This document shows, piece by piece, positions 60,869 to 64,000 of a DNA stretch of 64,000 nt. A program made the position numbers and the translations under genes. Every line of letters starts with the position of its first letter. Position 1 is the stretch's first letter. This DNA is from Tubulanus polymorphus (lineage: Eukaryota; Animalia; Nemertea), in the NCBI RefSeq assembly GCF_964204645.1, contig NC_134025.1, positions 14,012,001-14,076,000 of the forward strand, given 5' to 3'. The notes under the pieces are model-generated. The model did not search any database and was not told where the DNA came from. It worked only from the letters and a program-made list of their open reading frames with translations.

Positions 60869-61313
60869 TTAATAATTTATTAATTCTTTTAATAATTTAT
60901 CTTGTTCTTCAACTGTTATATGACCATTTAAACTTATTATATAATCTAGTGTATTCTTTAATTTATTAATTTCTTTTATATTAGTTTTAATTTTTTCTTT
61001 ATTACTTTTTATATTTAATTTTGAACTTATACCAGTTAAAACACTTGAACTTAATCCTAATACACCAATTGATATAGCTAAAGGTGTTAATGGGCTGAAT
61101 ATTGCTAGAAATGTTATTACAGAACTAATTGTAACCGAACCACTTATAATCAAATAATATATAATTTTACTTTTTAAATATTTTTTCTTTTTTATCTTTA
61201 AGTCACTTTCAAATTCTAATATTTGTTTTTCTAAATATATTTTTAATTTAGTTTTATTTATATCATGAGGAATAATATCAATATTATCAACTTATCAACT
61301 GATTATCTTCCAT
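60869..61313 (-). pseudogene. E3 two-TM protein, 5' frameshift
   Basis: Duplicated TTATCAAC near 61285-61300. Confidence 0.65.
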
Positions 61314-61332
61314 TTATTTAGAATAAAAATTA

Positions 61333-61755
61333 CTAATTAGTAAACTTATAAGCAACAAATATAACAATAACTGTTCCACCTAAAATCCAAATTATTTCAT
61401 ATTTCTGTTGTTCTTTACTTGGGGTATAATAATCTGATAATTTAGGTTTGTATAGATGTAATTTTTCTTTATTTGTTACCGCGTTATATAAACTCATTGC
61501 ATCATCAACTGATTGAAAATCTCTATGTGAAATCTTCTGATCATATAATTCTTTATTGATGTAATCCATATAGTTTTGTCTCTTTTCTCTATATTCTTCT
61601 GCAGCTTTATTGTATTTCTCTAACGCTAAGTTATGTCTTCTTTGTTCTCCTAATGAACTATTTTTATCAATATGTTTAAATAAATAACCACCACCAGTAA
61701 ATGCTAAAGCGTTAACAATTGCTGATCCTATAATAGTTATAATTGCAGAAGCCAT
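61333..61755 (-). CDS. E3 140-aa membrane protein
   Basis: Same protein sequence as E1. Confidence 0.78.
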   Translation of the reverse strand: MASAIITIIGSAIVNALAFTGGGYLFKHIDKNSSLGEQRRHNLALEKYNKAAEEYREKRQNYMDYINKELYDQKISHRDFQSVDDAMSLYNAVTNKEKLHLYKPKLSDYYTPSKEQQKYEIIWILGGTVIVIFVAYKFTN

Positions 61756-61779
61756 TTATTTAACAAAAAAATTATGCAT

Positions 61780-62001
61780 TTATATGGGAGGAATATATTT
61801 TTGTTTTTCCAAATAATCAATAGTTAAATTAGATAAAGTAACCGCTAATGTTAACTTTAAAATATCATTTATATCAAATCTATCAACATTAACACTTCCC
61901 ATTTTGAATACTTTTTTTAATACCATTGAATAACCAACCGTTCCAACTGATAGTAATGCGCCATTATATAATCCAGTTATTATCCACTTATTATCACTCA
62001 T
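61780..62001 (-). CDS. E3 73-aa hydrophobic protein
   Basis: Same protein sequence as E1. Confidence 0.72.
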   Translation of the reverse strand: MSDNKWIITGLYNGALLSVGTVGYSMVLKKVFKMGSVNVDRFDINDILKLTLAVTLSNLTIDYLEKQKYIPPI

Positions 62002-62004
62002 TTA

Positions 62005-62343
62005 TCAATCAAAAAAATTACTATCATCAAAATATTTAGTTAACTTATTTATGATTAATTCAACATTTATTTCATTACTAGTTTTATGATTATCATATAT
62101 TTTGGATAATATGTTTTTGATATCTTCAATAATTCCATCTTCATTTAATTCATAATATTCTAAAGGTGATTTAATTAAATCAATTACTTTTTCTATATTA
62201 TACTTTTCTTTATCAATCATTGACACATTGTTAAATGATTTACTTTTTATATCAGTAATTACATCATTTAGTTTAATTCTCATTTCTTTACCATGTTTAA
62301 AATCAAACCCAAAACATATACTCGGTCCAACAGTTATATTCAT
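62005..62343 (-). CDS. E3 hypothetical protein
   Basis: Homolog of 9301..9642. Confidence 0.72.
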   Translation of the reverse strand: MNITVGPSICFGFDFKHGKEMRIKLNDVITDIKSKSFNNVSMIDKEKYNIEKVIDLIKSPLEYYELNEDGIIEDIKNILSKIYDNHKTSNEINVELIINKLTKYFDDSNFFD

Positions 62344-62359
62344 TTATATAGGTGAAAAA

Positions 62360-63118
62360 TTACTCTTTACATCTTATAACTAATTCATAAATTACAGGAA
62401 AGTTATTTAAATCAATTAAGTATCCATTATGATTTCTAATTTCTAATCTAAAATTATTAAAACTAGGAATGCATGGTTTGAAATCACATTCTGTTAAATT
62501 ATAATTTATTTGCGTTCCAAATTGTTTAACATTCTTCAATGGTAAAATGTTTAGTAAACCAGAATTACAAGTTATATCTTTAGTTGCTTCGAATGTTTTT
62601 GTAGGATCGATTAAATTGCAATAAATATAAAAGTGTGTGTAAGGTATTAAGTTTGGTGTAACTTCTACGTTTCCTGTAGCAGTAAATGGTTTAATTCCTA
62701 ACATTTTAGCTAATGGTTTGTTTACCATAAATGCTTGTTTGTTTCCTTCATCTAACTTTATTTTAATTTTATCAGAACTATCACTTTTTATGAATCTAAT
62801 TAAAAATTTATCTTCACTTCTAAGTTTTAATCGTGCTCTTTTATTAATTTCTTGAGCTAATGTTTCTAAATTATATAATCCTGGTTTTAATAATAGATTA
62901 TACCATTTATCTATATTTTCTACATAAATCATAAACAATCTATGTTCAATACTTTTATCCGATACATTGTAAAAAGAATTACATAAACTTATATTTACTA
63001 ATTTCAAATCAACGCAATTCTTAAATTCTCTATCTAATTGTACTAATAAATTATGAGATTTATAATTTATAAGTTTTCTAGAATCAACAAATATTCTGTA
63101 TTCTTTTAATTCTACCAT
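62360..63118 (-). CDS. E3 putative minor capsid (penton)
   Basis: Homolog of 9660..10418; intact. Confidence 0.7.
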   Translation of the reverse strand: MVELKEYRIFVDSRKLINYKSHNLLVQLDREFKNCVDLKLVNISLCNSFYNVSDKSIEHRLFMIYVENIDKWYNLLLKPGLYNLETLAQEINKRARLKLRSEDKFLIRFIKSDSSDKIKIKLDEGNKQAFMVNKPLAKMLGIKPFTATGNVEVTPNLIPYTHFYIYCNLIDPTKTFEATKDITCNSGLLNILPLKNVKQFGTQINYNLTECDFKPCIPSFNNFRLEIRNHNGYLIDLNNFPVIYELVIRCKE

Positions 63119-63186
63119 TATTTATAACATAAAAAAATTACCGCTCATCACTAAAAATTAATTTTAATAAAATTTTTCCTTAATAA

Positions 63187-64000
63187 ATGGATGAGAAGAT
63201 AGCATGCGAAATTTGTGGTGAACTTCTAAGAAAAAGTAATAAGTCTCGACATATGAAAAAACATGATGAAAATTATAAACCCCCTAAAATAAACTGTCCA
63301 AATTGTAATAAAACATTCTCTAGAAATTATTTCAAAAAACATTCGGAGAAGTGTAAAAAAAATAACTTAATAGTTAATGTTGATAGTAACGAAAGTAATA
63401 ATAATTCTGTTGAAGTTGAACCTGAAATTATTTGGAAAAGACCTTTCTTATTCTATGATAAGGATAATATAAAAGATCATTTCTGTGAGCCTTGTCGAAT
63501 AAAATATAACCCTGAAAATATAGAAGATTGGGAGAATCATCAATTTCATAAAGTACATATAGATAAAATTTCTAATAAATTTGAAGCAGAATTCAATGAA
63601 AGAAAAAATAATTTATTAGAAAAAATAAAATATGAGAAAACGTTACCAGATAATAAAGAAACAGTTGAAAAGTTAGAAAAACAATATAATGAATTAACAA
63701 GAAAAACATATTATTGTAAATATTGTAAATTGATTATTACAACAAGTAATTCAAATCTACATAATAGAACAATAAAACATAAAGAAAACGTAAGAAAATA
63801 CCAAGAGCTTAATGAAGATCTATTACCAGTAAATTATAAACAAAAATGCCCACAATGTATTTATGTGACCTTAAGGCAAGAAGGTACTGTGTTATTTTGT
63901 GTTGATTGTGGATGGCAAAGGAATTTATGGGGTGAAGAAAAAACTAGAAATTTTCTTATAGAACCAAAATTAAATTATCTTGATGAAATCTTTAAAATAT
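63187..64000 (+). CDS. Multi zinc-finger protein, runs off window (not in ORF track)
   Basis: TAAATG start; MDEKIACEICGELLRKSNKSRHMKKH, CPNCNKTFSRNYFKKH, CEPC, CKYC, CPQC; no stop seen. Confidence 0.75.
   Translation, partial: MDEKIACEICGELLRKSNKSRHMKKHDENYKPPKINCPNCNKTFSRNYFKKHSEKCKKNNLIVNVDSNESNNNSVEVEPEIIWKRPFLFYDKDNIKDHFCEPCRIKYNPENIEDWENHQFHKVHIDKISNKFEAEFNERKNNLLEKIKYEKTLPDNKETVEKLEKQYNELTRKTYYCKYCKLIITTSNSNLHNRTIKHKENVRKYQELNEDLLPVNYKQKCPQCIYVTLRQEGTVLFCVDCGWQRNLWGEEKTRNFLIEPKLNYLDEIFKI

Larger units (their letters stand above)
51817..64000. mobile_element. Polinton element E3; right part outside window
   Basis: Starts AGTAATAGGGG at 51817; left TIR region is the reverse complement of the E2 right end (~40545-40958); integrase, ATPase and capsid block present. 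Confidence 0.92.

Overview
AT-rich eukaryotic genomic DNA (probably an invertebrate; host not identifiable from sequence) holding a cluster of related Polinton/Maverick (adintovirus-like) endogenous viral elements. E1 (<1..21195) has an intact integrase-chromodomain, packaging ATPase, major and minor capsid genes and a membrane-protein block, but its pPolB is broken by four tandem copies of a 2002-bp unit. E2 (~21800..40958) is degenerate, with a MULE-like insertion in the capsid gene and an HNH nuclease at the end of pPolB. E3 (51817..>64000) has a rearranged gene order, and an inverted fragment of its left arm lies at ~43900..45387. Between E2 and E3 is host/TE mosaic: a Penelope RT fragment, a non-autonomous LTR element and a LINE ORF1 relic. 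Most notable: (i) every visible element terminus is a 188-269 bp imperfect hairpin whose G-T and tandem G-A mismatches and compensatory changes favour folding of the strand that ends 3' at the terminus; (ii) the HNH gene carries a recoded replacement 3' end of pPolB and reads into the displaced original end, as homing endonucleases do; (iii) a ~27-nt GC-rich micro-palindrome is inserted in frame in two genes and at one noncoding site; (iv) almost all genes start at T-tract + TAAATG; (v) a ~360-bp inverted-repeat/iteron cassette varies together with an adjacent zinc-finger gene. Protein calls come from motif recognition by eye; no database search was run.
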